Shown here piece after piece: positions 13,985-26,269 of a stretch of 64,000 nt of DNA. The stretch lies in assembly GCA_052327205.1 (NCBI GenBank), contig CM126226.1:51212001-51276000 (forward strand), in the 5' to 3' direction. The notes beneath the pieces are model-generated. The model was not told where the DNA came from, did no database searches, and was given only the letters and a program-made list of their open reading frames with translations. The stretch is from Somniosus microcephalus. Taxonomy: Eukaryota. The stretch's first letter is position 1. Each line of letters starts with the position of its first letter. Position numbers and translations under genes: made by a program.

Positions 13985-14945
13985 CTTCAGTCCCTGCCAC
14001 AGACTCCCTTCCCTAGCTACCGACTCCTTCCCTTTTCCAGGCCACTGTCTGAGGCTAAACCAAACTGTTCTCTACAGTGGCGTCCTATTTGACCCTGAGC
14101 TGAGCTTCCGACCCCATATCCTCCATCACCAAGACAACCAACTTCCACCTCTAACGTCGCCCGTCTCCACTCCTGCTTCAGCTCATCTGTTGCTGAAACC
14201 CTCATCCATGGCTTTGCTGCCTCTGGACTCGACTATTCCAACGCTCTTGTGGCCTGTCTCCTACCTTCCACCCTGCGTAAACTTGAGCCCATCCAAAACT
14301 CTACTGCCCACATCCTAACTCGCACCAAGTCCTGTTCACCCATCGCCCCTGTGCTCGCTGACCTAAATTGGTTTCCGGTCCAGCAAAGTCTCCATTTTAA
14401 AATTCTGATCCTGGGTTTCAAATCCCTCCACGGCCACACCCCTCCCTATCTCTAACCTCCTCCAGCCCCACAACCCTCCGAAATCTCTGCGCTCATCCAA
14501 TTCTGGCCTCTTGCGCTGGCCCCTGATTTTAATCGCTCCACCATTGCCGGCCGTGCCTTCAGCTGCTTAAGCCCCAAGCTCTGGAATTCTCTCCCTAAAC
14601 CTCTCTGCTTCTCTACCCCTTTCTCCTCCTTTTTAAGACGCTCCTTAAAACCTACCTCTTTGACCAAGCTTTTGGTCACCTGTCCTAATATCTCTGTGTG
14701 TCTGTGTCAACTTTTGTTTGATAACGCTCTTGTGAAGTGCTTTGGAAGATTTACTGGGTTAAAGGCACTATATAAAAACAAGTTGTGGCTGTTGTAGTGT
14801 GACTGTTTACTCCATGCCTCTTTCACCTGCCCTAATTTCTTATGTGTTCGGTGTCAATTTTTTGTCTTCCAACACTCCTGTGCAGCACCTTGGGACGTTT
14901 TACTCCGTTAAAAGCGCTATATAAATACAAGTTGTTATTGCTTTT
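13985..14945 (+). mobile_element. L2-type LINE 3' portion, with a second tail fragment at about 14810-14945
   Basis: Decayed ORF2 end (LPSTLRKLEPIQNSTAHILTRTKSCSPIAPVLADLNWFPVQQSLHFKILIL.FKSLHG); tails ending ctatataaa.acaagttgt. Confidence 0.9.
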
Positions 14946-15187
14946 GATGCATGATGTTGATCATGGGAGGGGGGATTTATTGTCCAAGATATCATTACTG
15001 CAGGTTTATCAAGAAATAATGTGCAGTTGATTGCTGGGAACTTTTCTAGCATGTACGCTGCACCTTGTGTGTATAACCTGTTTTGGCAACTACGCAGAAC
15101 ATTCAGCAAGCTCTGTAGTAATTCAAAGCTGGCGAATGCACTGGTGTTGCTTTGAGCAGTAATATTTTCTCCCCTTTTTGAAAACAG

Positions 15188-15368
15188 ATTCGTAGAAGAC
15201 GCCTTGCACGGCTCGCTGGTGGCCCGACTTCTCAACCCACCACTCCGCTTACCTCCCCACAGCGCGAAAACCCACCAGGAGTATCTGGAGCGACGCCAGG
15301 CATATCTCAAAATATGGGCCTAACTGTACAGAGCATGATTCCTGCCACATCTCCGATTGGAGCAACAG
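15188..15368 (+). CDS. UBE4B: UBE4B exon 2 (181 nt, phase 0-1)
   Basis: aacag|ATT...ACAG|gtacgg; [31 protein letters not shown]...PATSPIGAT. Confidence 0.97.
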
Positions 15369-15654
15369 GTACGGGAGAGCGCGATCGCTGCAACTGGTCG
15401 ACCTACACTTGTGGCAATGTCACATTTTGCTTGCTGGGTTTTGTCTTGGGATGTTCTTTTTTAAAAATCAAAGTGATCAAACTTTATCATTACTTAGAGG
15501 TTTCTTTCAAACCTTGCTGCTTTAAGCAGAGGGGTTACTGAAATGATCAAGTATAAACTTTCCTACCTGTTGATCCAGGAGATGTGTCTGAAAACAGTGC
15601 CATATTTACTATTTGTTTCTGCAAGTCTATTGGCAAAACCTGGGGAGTTTTAAA

Positions 15655-15797
15655 AATAGATTATAGCCATAGCATACAAGGCTACGGGCCAAATGCTGGA
15701 ATATGGGATTAGATTAGACAGGGCTTGATGGCCGGCATGGACACGATGGGCCGAAGGGCCTCTATCTGTGCTGTATTACTCTATGACTCTATGACTC
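15655..15797 (+). mobile_element. CR1 3' UTR stub
   Basis: ggcatggacacgatgggccgaagggcct...ctctatgactctatgactcta (8-nt terminal repeat). Confidence 0.8.
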
Positions 15798-16707
15798 TAA
15801 AACCCCTAGTGAACTGTTTTTCAAAAGTAATAGAAATTGTACATAGGCAGGAGGAGTTTCCGTTGCATCAGATGCTTTTTTTAAACATCATTCCTGCTTT
15901 CTGGCGATATTAGTACATTGTGTCATCCCTTCTTTCATTCTTTCCCCTCTCATTAAAATAATTTAGTTTCATGCAGTGAAACTTGTTAAATGGACACGCC
16001 CCAAAAAACAAGCACTTATTGAGGGTCCCAAATAACTTGGATTGTAAAATATACAAGAGGCACTCTGGAACCACGGACACTCGCCAATTGCGAATAAACG
16101 GACAGCCTTCAATGCACCCAGCCCTCTTACAACATTAAATGCAGGATACAGCCTGATGTCACACTTTAAACTGTTCAAGTATTGTACATACTGTATCTGA
16201 GTCTGAGGATTGTGACGACCGAAGGATTGTTACTGGATTCCTTTTTGTCCATGCTGGTCCCCAAGGGTTAAATTTCTCCTCCCCCCCCCCCCCCCCCAAA
16301 ATGGTGGACATCCTATTGGACCTAGCAGTTTCTATATCCTAACCACCACCGCGATCACCCGTTTCCTCTTCGGCAGTATTGTCCGCATCTGCTGCTGAAA
16401 CCCTTATCCATGTCTTCTCACCTCCCAAATGTGAAGCTTAAACAGTGCGAGATTGTCTCCTGGAGGTAGTCTCGCACCTCTTGGCTACAGTGCATTCACT
16501 GATGTGACTCCTGTGTAACACTGCACACGTCCAAAACTGTCTTACACAAAACTTGTAATAAAACGGCGCAGTCAGTTAAAATGGCTAAAACCAGGGATTC
16601 CCCCAAACAGAGGAGGAACATTTGAACTCCGTTAACTGCAGGGAAACGTTGTGGTACGTGTAGGACAGCACTAACGAACTAGAGAGAAAATTTGGTTTGC
16701 TCCAGAG

Positions 16708-16870
16708 CAACGTTCCCGCTAAGCTACGCTGCCTCGCAGCTGTTGGAGGTCCCGCACAGGCCGCTTACCGGCTTTTGAATGGGAGATTTTGCACAATGCA
16801 AAATTTTGAATGGGCCGCGCAGCCCGTTAAAAGGACCCAGTTTTTAAAAAAATTATTAGGGGGAACGTTT
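16708..16870. mobile_element. hAT-like MITE
   Basis: TIR caacgttcccgctaa / ttagggggaacgttt; 8-bp flanks ctccagag vs ctcctgtg (6/8); same family as 58993-59129 and 59412-59579. Confidence 0.65.
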
Positions 16871-17296
16871 CTCCTGTGTAACATGGGACAATACATGTGG
16901 GGCGAAGTCTTAAGTTTTACCATATTTAAAAAAAAAAAGTAAATAAGTAGCTTCTCACGCTCTGCATACTGTCTGGGAATTTTTGAATAAATCCAATATG
17001 CAATAAAATAGAAAGTAGCCTTTGACCAGATGGATACTGAAGACTTTGTCACTGTTCCTTTTACTATTCACTGAAGGAACTGTATAGTGTAGATGTTGCT
17101 CGAAGAGGTTCTGGTATAAGAATTTGTTTCAAATACTTGGAACATTCGGTTAAAACCACCAATCGTTGCTGTATCCTGTACGTTTTTAAAAATCTTTTTA
17201 CTTCAATTTTTTTCCCCCCTTCCTCCAACAGCTTACTTTCCTGATCCAATTTTCCTGTGCGCCTTGTCACAAAATATCTTCAATTGAAGAAATCGC

Positions 17297-17742
17297 AAAC
17301 TTGCATTTATATAGATCCTTTCACATTTGTAGGATATCCCAAAGTGCTTCACAGCCAATGAATTACTTTTGAAGTGTAGCCAATGTTACATAGCAAATGT
17401 GGCAGCCAGTTACAGCACAGCAAGATCACACAAACAGCAATGAGATAAATGATCAATTAATCTCTTTTGGTAGTGTTGGTTGAAAGATGAATGTTGGCTA
17501 GGGCATAGAGAAAACTTCTTGTTCTTTCATTAACGCCATGGGATCTTTGTCTACCCGGCAGGCAGGTGGGACCTAACTTTAACTTCTCATCTGAAAGGTG
17601 GCACCTCCAACAATGCAGCCTTTCCTGCAGTACTGCACTCATGTGCCAGCCTACATGATGCACGAAAGTCTTGGGAGTGAGCCTTGAACCCATAGCCTTC
17701 TGAATCCAAGGCAACAGTGTTCTCATTGAATCAAACTGACAC
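17297..17742 (-). mobile_element. Deu-domain SINE (SacSINE1-like), near full length
   Basis: Reverse complement aligns by eye along the length of the 19825-20235 copy. Confidence 0.85.
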
Positions 17743-19139
17743 CAAGAAATATGTAATGGGACAAACACTAAAGTGTGCAGTGGGGTTTCGGGTTTCATTC
17801 AGCTTCAGTAATATTATGGAAACAGTCTATCTGATCCATAGCTGTGTTACTTGGTGTACTGACACTAGTATGCTAGTATGTTACTTTTAATTTATCACCT
17901 CAAATTGTTTCCTCCACTTACCATCTGACAGGTCAGTCACCATTCGTCCTTCATCGAAGTATTATACAACACGGGTATGACAGGACAAAGGTTTTAATAG
18001 TTGTACTGCTTTCACAGTTCAAATGGACAACGTATGAACATTTTATACGCCCACTGTTTCACTTTGCTGAAATCCCAGTGACTACATTGATTTCTGGCAA
18101 TTTGTTGGACTTCTTTTCATAATGAGACTCTGGGGAGTCTCCACTGTAACTTTTAGCAACTGTTCAGTACACGTCAAATGCACATGTGCTGAGGCTGACT
18201 TATCTGGGACTTTGAGTTGATGCGTTTGGTTGATGGGGTAACTAGAAGTTCTTGTTTTCACTTTGCTGCCCTAAATAAGTTGAGTTTGGAGTCTTTTGGG
18301 AACTGGAGCTATTTAAATCACTGTTGTGGATAATTCAAATCTTAATACAATACATTTATACAAACTATTACCTATTACTTTACTCCTTTACCCTAGTAAT
18401 AGAATGCTGAATTTTTAAAACTCTCATTTATTTTCTGTATCTTAAATTTGGTAGAAAGTGTTCTTTATAAATCCAATCAAATCATGGTAATAGCTCATAA
18501 ATGTCTTCATTTAAACTGAGATAACAGGTAGAATACATGTTACAAATACATTGGCTTACAGGACTTGTGTATCTTAACCCTGTTTACAATATGGAAATTC
18601 CCATACTAAATTTGAGCTATATGTATTGGATTATTTTCTGTGTTGTGAAAGTCTGGCAAAAGTTGAGCAATTGCACAATGAGTAATCCTTTAATGTGCTG
18701 CTATTTGAATTGTATGGTAATTATTCTATTGATATGACCAAGTTGCTCGGGGATTGAGCTATAGATCTGAAGCCCAGAACCCAGGGCAGAGAATTGTCTC
18801 CCGATGCTGTGTGTGTTGTCCTTTCTTTTAAACTCTTTATGGAGGTGACATTATCCCAACCAATCCTGGAAGTACTTTTTTCCTTTTGAAAACTTGTTTG
18901 AAAGAAATGCTCAAAGCAGAAACATTTTAAACCTGCATTACACAGCAACGGGATTAATGTTCGCACTGTTTTTCAAAATAAAAGTACAATTCTTCATTAA
19001 AATGTTCATCAAACTCTTTATTAAATTAATTTTTAACTTGTGGTATAAATGCTAGATACATTAAGATATTTATATCCCATTGATCACTTGGATGAGCCCA
19101 CTCATTCAATATAACTCTCACTTGTACCTTCATACTGTT

Positions 19140-19512
19140 AAGTTATTGAGCTAGTAATCCAGAGAATGTGAGTTTAAATCACATCATGGTAGTTTGAAAA
19201 TTTCAATTAAGTTTATTTTAAAAAAAAAAAAAAAAAAAAAATTTTTTTTTATAAAGTCTGTAAATTAAAAAAAAAAAAACCTGGTATCAGTAAAGGCGAC
19301 CATGACGCCATCTGATTGTTATAAAAACCCAACTGGTTTACTATTGTCTAGAGAAGGAAACCCGCCGTCCTTGCCTTGGCTGGACTATGTGACTCCAGTC
19401 CCACACTGCGATTGACTCTTCACTGCCCTCTGAAGGCCCACCACCACCACCTCAGGGCAACGATGGATGGCAATGAATACTGGCCTGGCTAGCGACATCC
19501 ACATTCCTATAA
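19140..19512 (+). mobile_element. SINE-like repeat of a different family (tRNA-like head, internal A-tract, LINE-like tail)
   Basis: B-box-like gagtttaaatcac; body ggaaacccgccgtccttgcc..tgtgactccag; tail ggcaatgaatactggcctggctagcgacatccacatt. Recalled as a common shark repeat. Confidence 0.55.
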
Positions 19513-19824
19513 CGTTTCTGAAACTGAGCAAGGAGCGTATCTGTAATGTAGTCAAAACAGCTCAAAGATTATCTAAAATTTGGGCGATCAACAGGCATGG
19601 CATGTAAGATTAAATATTCAGAAATGTTGCTTTATTACCTGAGGAGCCAGGGGGAAAGTTTGTGCAACCTTCCTTCAGGAAATGAAGTATGTTGGGTTCA
19701 GTACATGGCAGAACAAATAGTACACGATCTGCAGAAGGAATAGGCAGATTTAGATTTTTTTTACGTGTGTCTGTGTTGTTTTTCTCCAATTCATAGTGCA
19801 CTTGCTGATTGGCCCGAGTGCTTG

Positions 19825-20235
19825 ACCATGGCTCAGTTGATAGCACTCTTGCCTCTGAGTCGGAATGTTGTAGGTTCAAGTTCCACTTCAGAGACTTGAG
19901 CACAAAATCTAGGCTGCCACTCCCAGTGCAGTACTGAGGGAATGCTGAAGGTGACGTCTTTCGGATGAGACGTTAAACCGAGGCCCCGTCTGCGCTCTCG
20001 GGTGGATGTGAAAGATCTGATGGCACTATTTCAAAGAAGAGGAACAGGGGAGTTATTCCCGGTGCCCTGGCCAATATTTATCCCTCAATCAAAATCACTA
20101 AAATAGATTATCTGGTCATTATCACATTTAGGGAGCTTGCTGTGTGCAAATTGGCTGCCACGTTTCCCACATTACAACAGTGACTACACTTCAAAAAGTA
20201 CTTCATTGGCTGCAAAACGCTTTGGGACGTCCAGT
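19825..20235 (+). mobile_element. Deu-domain SINE (SacSINE1/AmnSINE1-related), near full length
   Basis: Pol III A box tggctcagttgatag, B box ggttcaagttcc, Deu-like core tctttcggatgagacgttaaaccgaggcccc...aaagatc.gatggcactattt...ccctggccaa, L2-like tail. Confidence 0.85.
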
Positions 20236-22371
20236 TTCTTTTTTTTTCTTTTTCCTTTCCTTTCGACACATCACCAACACTCAGACAAATCCAAGTTCCC
20301 TGCAGAGGGAAGAAGTCATTAGTGAATGAACTGCTTTGAAGCTGGATTCAAACTGCTCAGGTTGAACCTGACGCAAACTGGGTGGGGTGGGGAATTAAAA
20401 TGTTTTGCTTTTAGTTAGCATGTGCAGAAATGCCCAGATTTTTCCTTCTCTGACCTGCATTTGCCTTACTCAGGTAGTCAGTTCGTAGCTATGAGGGAAA
20501 TAGACCCAGGTAGAAAGTCCCCAAACCAACCTGAGAAATCCAGAGTTTTTGTTTGCCTGATGGGGAGTGCATATCACCCCTACATATCAAAATTCAGAGA
20601 GTTTAGGTTGGCAGGGATTGTGGCCGAGGGGCACCCTGATGTTTGCAGGGGTAAAAAACAACGTGCATCTTACCAGCACTAGTAAGGTTCCTGCTGCTTA
20701 CCCAGCTAGGATCTGTTAGGCTGGCTAGCTCATCTGGAAGTAAATATATTTAGAATCTCAGCTCCAGGTCCCATTAATGGACCGGGGTTGGCTGGTCAAC
20801 CATCAACTGTGCCCTAGAGCACTGGAGGTCTATCTGGTTCTGGTTTTGGATTACTGAATCTGCCATGAAGGATTGATTTGGTTCTAATCTTCCATTACCA
20901 GGCATGTCATTTAAAGCTAACTTCTCATTCGCTCCATTCCATCCAGGGAGGACAGTCACTAGTTGGTCATTAGAAAACTGACTGCCCTCGCTAGGTGGAC
21001 AGCCGATACAAGGAACCGCACGGTGAGTACCACAACTCGCCAAATCTGTGAATGCACTGCCGCCATCTTCCTGAGCACAGCATGGACACACACCAGGGGT
21101 TCAAACCTTCAATCAGCTGCATCTCTCTATGTAATCTATTCACGGTAGCCACCGATTTTTCACTATATATATGAACACGTGGTCCCTTACCCAGCCTCCA
21201 GGTAGGACATTGAAGCAGCTGTTGTATCAAACCTCCCTTTTCTCATCAGCTGAACAATGAACGTTTGCCTTTAGCATGACGGAAGGACCCGTGCAGGCTA
21301 ACTAGTGATGTGCCAGCCATCTTGATGTTTGGGCATCCAAGCCCATTGCTGCGTATCAAGCCTACTCCAGATTGCCGTGAAGGATTTTTGATAGAGGTGT
21401 GCCTGCCACAAAACTGACTCTCCTTCCTATGTGCTCAGTGACCACTCAAGACCCTATCCTGCGACCATTTCCTCTTTTTTCCTCCCCACCAGTCCACTTC
21501 ATAACTTGGTCCTGGACCATACAAATGGGCTAACGGAAGTCCTTCTGTTGCATATCTAAGAATTCTAAACCATGGAACAGAACTGTTTGGTCACATGAAG
21601 ATTGAGGAGAGAGAATCTGACCCCAAGCCACCATCTGAAGCCACCTGCAGATCTTCAGCTACATGGTTTAGAGGCGCAACTACATTTTTAAAACATCACA
21701 TTGAAATGCCACCAGAATGCAGCGCCATTGAGTTTAAGGGCAGACAAACTGGTGCATGTTATCACTGTCTCTTTTTCACCATAGAGAGATTACCATAGGC
21801 TGGGATTGATGGGCTCTTTACATCAGCAAAAATGAGTGATGCTGTGAGGGTTTTCTTGTAGTTCCTATGTTGGGAAATATGTACAGTGGCTTCTGTCCGG
21901 AAATAATTTCCTTCATTGCCCTGTGCAGTTTATTTGGGTAGGGCAAATGTAGTCTAGTTAAAGGACACCAGGTAAAAGATGGAGAAATCTAGACATTGTT
22001 TTTCTAGTCTGCACTGATTTCCTGTTTTCAAACACTACAGAGTTTAGGTGGTTTTTCAGAGTAGGTTTGGCATTAGTAGTAGATAAATCAACATCTGCAG
22101 TTTAAATGAAATTTAAATTGTCAACTCTGCCGCAGGATGAACATTTTATAATGAAATTCTGCCCTAAGGGAAAGATGGTGGGGTGTGCTTCATATCCCTC
22201 TTCAATACAAACATGAGTTATGTCATATTGTCTCAATGTAGCACTGTTGGTATTCTGGTCTCCCAAGGAAGATAAAAAGAAACACTAGACTGGGTATTTT
22301 TTTTTTTTTTTTTTGTAAAAAGCTTATCCTTTGCTTCCCTGTCCCAAAGTTAAGTAAGTCTTTGTTACTGA

Positions 22372-22527
<156 letters not shown>

Positions 22528-23254
22528 TAATCAACCTGCACCTGTGTACGGACGACCTTCATATTTGTGTATGACCCTCCTGTGCAGTAATCACATAAGT
22601 TAATGTAAAGAAGCAATGATTGGATAGGAGGGGTAGGCAGATTAAAGCCTGCATGCTTAAGAAACCAAAGTGGTTTTCTGTGGATTTTTATTTCAAGAAT
22701 AAACTTGTAATTCTGGATAAACAACGTGCTAATTATTGATGTCTTATGCAGCTTGTTTGAACGTGTTTATTAGAATAGAGGATCTTGAGCTAATTAGAGC
22801 AATCGAGCTTACTGTAAAATGACAAACATAGCCAGCTACGTCAATCCCTGATTTGATTTGAGATAATGTAAGAATTTGAGTAAGCAAATGCAGTGATATT
22901 AGAACAAATGGCTGTTGCAGTGGTTGGAGGGCCTTAATAGCATTAGCAGTACATCAGCAATGGATCTGCTAAATTACTAAAACAAAGAAGGGAAAACCGA
23001 TCTGCAGACAGTGCCATCTGGAATTTGTACAAAATTGTAATGACCATAAAATGCTAAATATATTTATTCCGTTAGGCAGGTATTTTTTTTCAAAACGAAA
23101 TGTTAAACTTCTGTTAGTGAAAAGTTACACTTATGTTTATTACACAATATAAACCAGCGATACAGTAAAACTAATGCACACTTTTATATTTAACACAAAT
23201 GGTTAGTGGTCTGTTACTAACTCCTGAAGAGCCAGTAATGAGTGACTGTTTTAA

Positions 23255-23554
<300 letters not shown>

Positions 23555-24435
23555 TAGATTTTTCTGAGCAATTTTGCACAGTTGGCCTCCAAAAACGGCC
23601 AAATGTTGATGTGACTTAAAGCAGTGATCTCCGATCCTGCTGGTCATGTCTCCAGTCTGAAATTTGAATAGGATCTGGGGAAAAAGTGACAAACTATTTT
23701 TGAGATGTTGAAGATTGCTAATGAATAGTTATGTAATGTAGTTAAGACATTCGAGTTTAAATCTAAGGTCATACCTTTGAGTTCCAGCTGTTTGTGAAGT
23801 GTTTAATGAATCTTAGCTGGCCTGCTGAGTGAAGCATCACATGAAAGCGGTTCATGTCGCTTGGGGGTAGGAGAGAGAAAGAGCACTAGCTTGTGTCTAA
23901 GATCAGCAGTGTTTGGTATGTTGAAGTAGGCATACCGTTTGAAATTGAATACATATGCTTTTTATACCAGGAATTTATATGGAAATATTTGCTATTGAGA
24001 TTATAAATTTATGCCTAATGAATTTAAAGCCCACTGCTAGTAACCAGACTTGACACGTGAAGCATGTGTTATGACAATGAAGTACTGATGGAAAATTCTG
24101 AACTACTGGTTCATTAGATTTTGGATTGATCTCAAATATTAGTTGCCCTGATGGCTCACTGGATAGATTGGATAAATGCAGTGCTTAGCGTGATGTTGAG
24201 CCCGAAAGACCATGGAGGTCCTTGTACCTGATCATTGCTGCGTTAAACTTCCTTGGTTGGCGTGGGAGAGGGGAACTACAATTGACATCCGTGTTCCTGG
24301 AGTACAAATATTGATGGGGTTCTTGCTCCTCCTCCTCTATCTGGTGACCTCCCTACTCCACCTTTCGATGTGCAGCTCTGCTATTGTGACGATCTGGTAT
24401 TTGCACCAATCGATGACAACTGCTTGTGTTTTCAG

Positions 24436-24580
24436 GAACCCTCTTTGGGGTCAGATGTGTCCGAAGAGCAAGCACTTTCGCTTGTATGTAAAATCTTCCG
24501 GGTCTCCTGGAAGGAACGTGATAGGGACGTGATTTTCTTACCTGGTCTGGCTACAGAGTTTAAACTGAATGCAAAAGAAG
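24436..24580 (+). CDS. UBE4B: UBE4B exon 5 (145 nt, phase 0-1)
   Basis: tttcag|GAA...GAAG|gtgagc; [48 protein letters not shown]. Confidence 0.97.
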
Positions 24581-25158
24581 GTGAGCACTAACGACAATAA
24601 CAGGCGGTCTGGAATTACCTTAAATCAAACTTTTTCAGCCAAGGGCAATCTTCAAGCAAGATTTGGAAAGTCGCACATTTCCTTTTTGTATTTAACTCTC
24701 ATACTATCTAACTTTTTTTTTCTAATGCCAGTTTTCTGTTTGTCGCATTTTATTTCTCTGCATCCGAGAGTCATTCTGTTCTGCTTTCCCTAATGAACGT
24801 TTAGCATATAGGGGCAGTTTTTACTATTCCCACAAGTATAATAGAATAAGTTCCCCCAAGTCCATGTGCTGATTATATTGGTATGTTTGGTCATTCAGAG
24901 TAAACACTGACTTGTAAATGAATCTCCAGCTGGCTAATAAATAAAATTAATTGCAGTGTACAGTTGTAGAGGGGAAACTCTCTCCTCCGCATGCTCAGCA
25001 GGATTAAGCAATAGTAATCGTATGTCTATGATGAGAGGCGTGTATTAGTGAAACAAATAAATCAGGTGTGAAACATGCTCACTGTACACCAGCTCTGTAT
25101 AGTTGTGTTTAGAAATCACATTGAATATTGCCTGTTGAAGTATTTTTTGCTTGACTAG

Positions 25159-25387
25159 TTTTCTCAGACTGGAAAGACTTGATTGGCCAGATTCTAATGG
25201 AGGTTCTGCTGCTGTCCACTCAAATGCCAGAAGACAACCCATTTGCCAGTTTGACTGCCACCTCTCAGCCTATTGCAGCAGCTGCAAGGTCACCTGACAG
25301 GAACTTGCCCCTTAACCCTCCGTCAAGCCATGGAACAAGCCCTATGTTTTGTAGCCCGGGTTCTTTTGGTGCCAGTTCTTTATCGAG
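25159..25387 (+). CDS. UBE4B: UBE4B exon 6 (229 nt, phase 1-2)
   Basis: gactag|TT...CGAG|gtaagt; [50 protein letters not shown]...SFGASSLS. Confidence 0.96.
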
Positions 25388-26269
25388 GTAAGTGTTATAA
25401 GAGTTCAGACGGTGTCTGGTCTGTTCAAATGTTTGCTCAACAAGTAAGAATAGTTGAGAGCTTGAAACCTGAAGTGGTATTTTTGTAATTTGAATGAAAA
25501 TACGAAGCAAGCATGAGGGTTGGGGGGGGTTGGGGGGGTAGTGAAATATCCAGTCACAATTTTCTTAATGCTAGACTTGCTCTGTACAAGTCTTCTAAAG
25601 ATGACTGGTCATAAAATGGAACATTTTCCTATTTTGGAACCATTTTATTTGGGTGTCTTTGCTTGAAGGCTTGTGTATTCCATGATGATCTTTTCTGGTA
25701 TATCTGTTTTTCCTTTCTTTGGTTAAATCCAGAGAATCCTGCCTTTGGTCCTTCTCTTGTGTTTTAACATTTTGCCCTCCCATTCTTTGACTGATCTCCG
25801 CTTGTAATTCTACCTTTTTCTAATAGCTAAAGATGCAGGTGTGGTTAACAGCTCTCCATTGAAAAATATATATCGACTCGCTGCTGGACTTCTTCTCCCG
25901 CTTGCCAGTTCCCATGCATGGGGGCACTTCGGCTTCATTTACTAGAATGTCCGCTATGAGACTTTTTTTCCTTTTTGGAGAGTGTAGGAATGTGGTCAAG
26001 TATTACTCTCCCTGATTGGCTGCAAGAATACAGATGCAATATTTGTACCGGTTGACTCTAATAATTGGCAAGAATTACTCATCTAATATGTACAAAATAA
26101 GTGTGTGCATTGATTGGTTTCAAATCTAAACTTTTTTCGCATAGCAGTTGGCTCAGATTTCGGAATTGCCACAGGTAATTGTCTAGCAAGTATATGTTTA
26201 AGATGGGCAGATGTATTTTAGACAATGCTGGGAGTTGATGAGTAAACCACTGGATAGCAAGTGAGCGAG

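Noticed and set aside
1-15187. UBE4B exon 1 / promoter
   Set aside because: No MEELSADE-like coding stretch with a donor and no CpG island seen; this appears to be intron 1.
19829-19890. tRNA gene
   Set aside because: A/B boxes belong to a SINE head; no cloverleaf acceptor stem, and the sequence continues into the Deu core.
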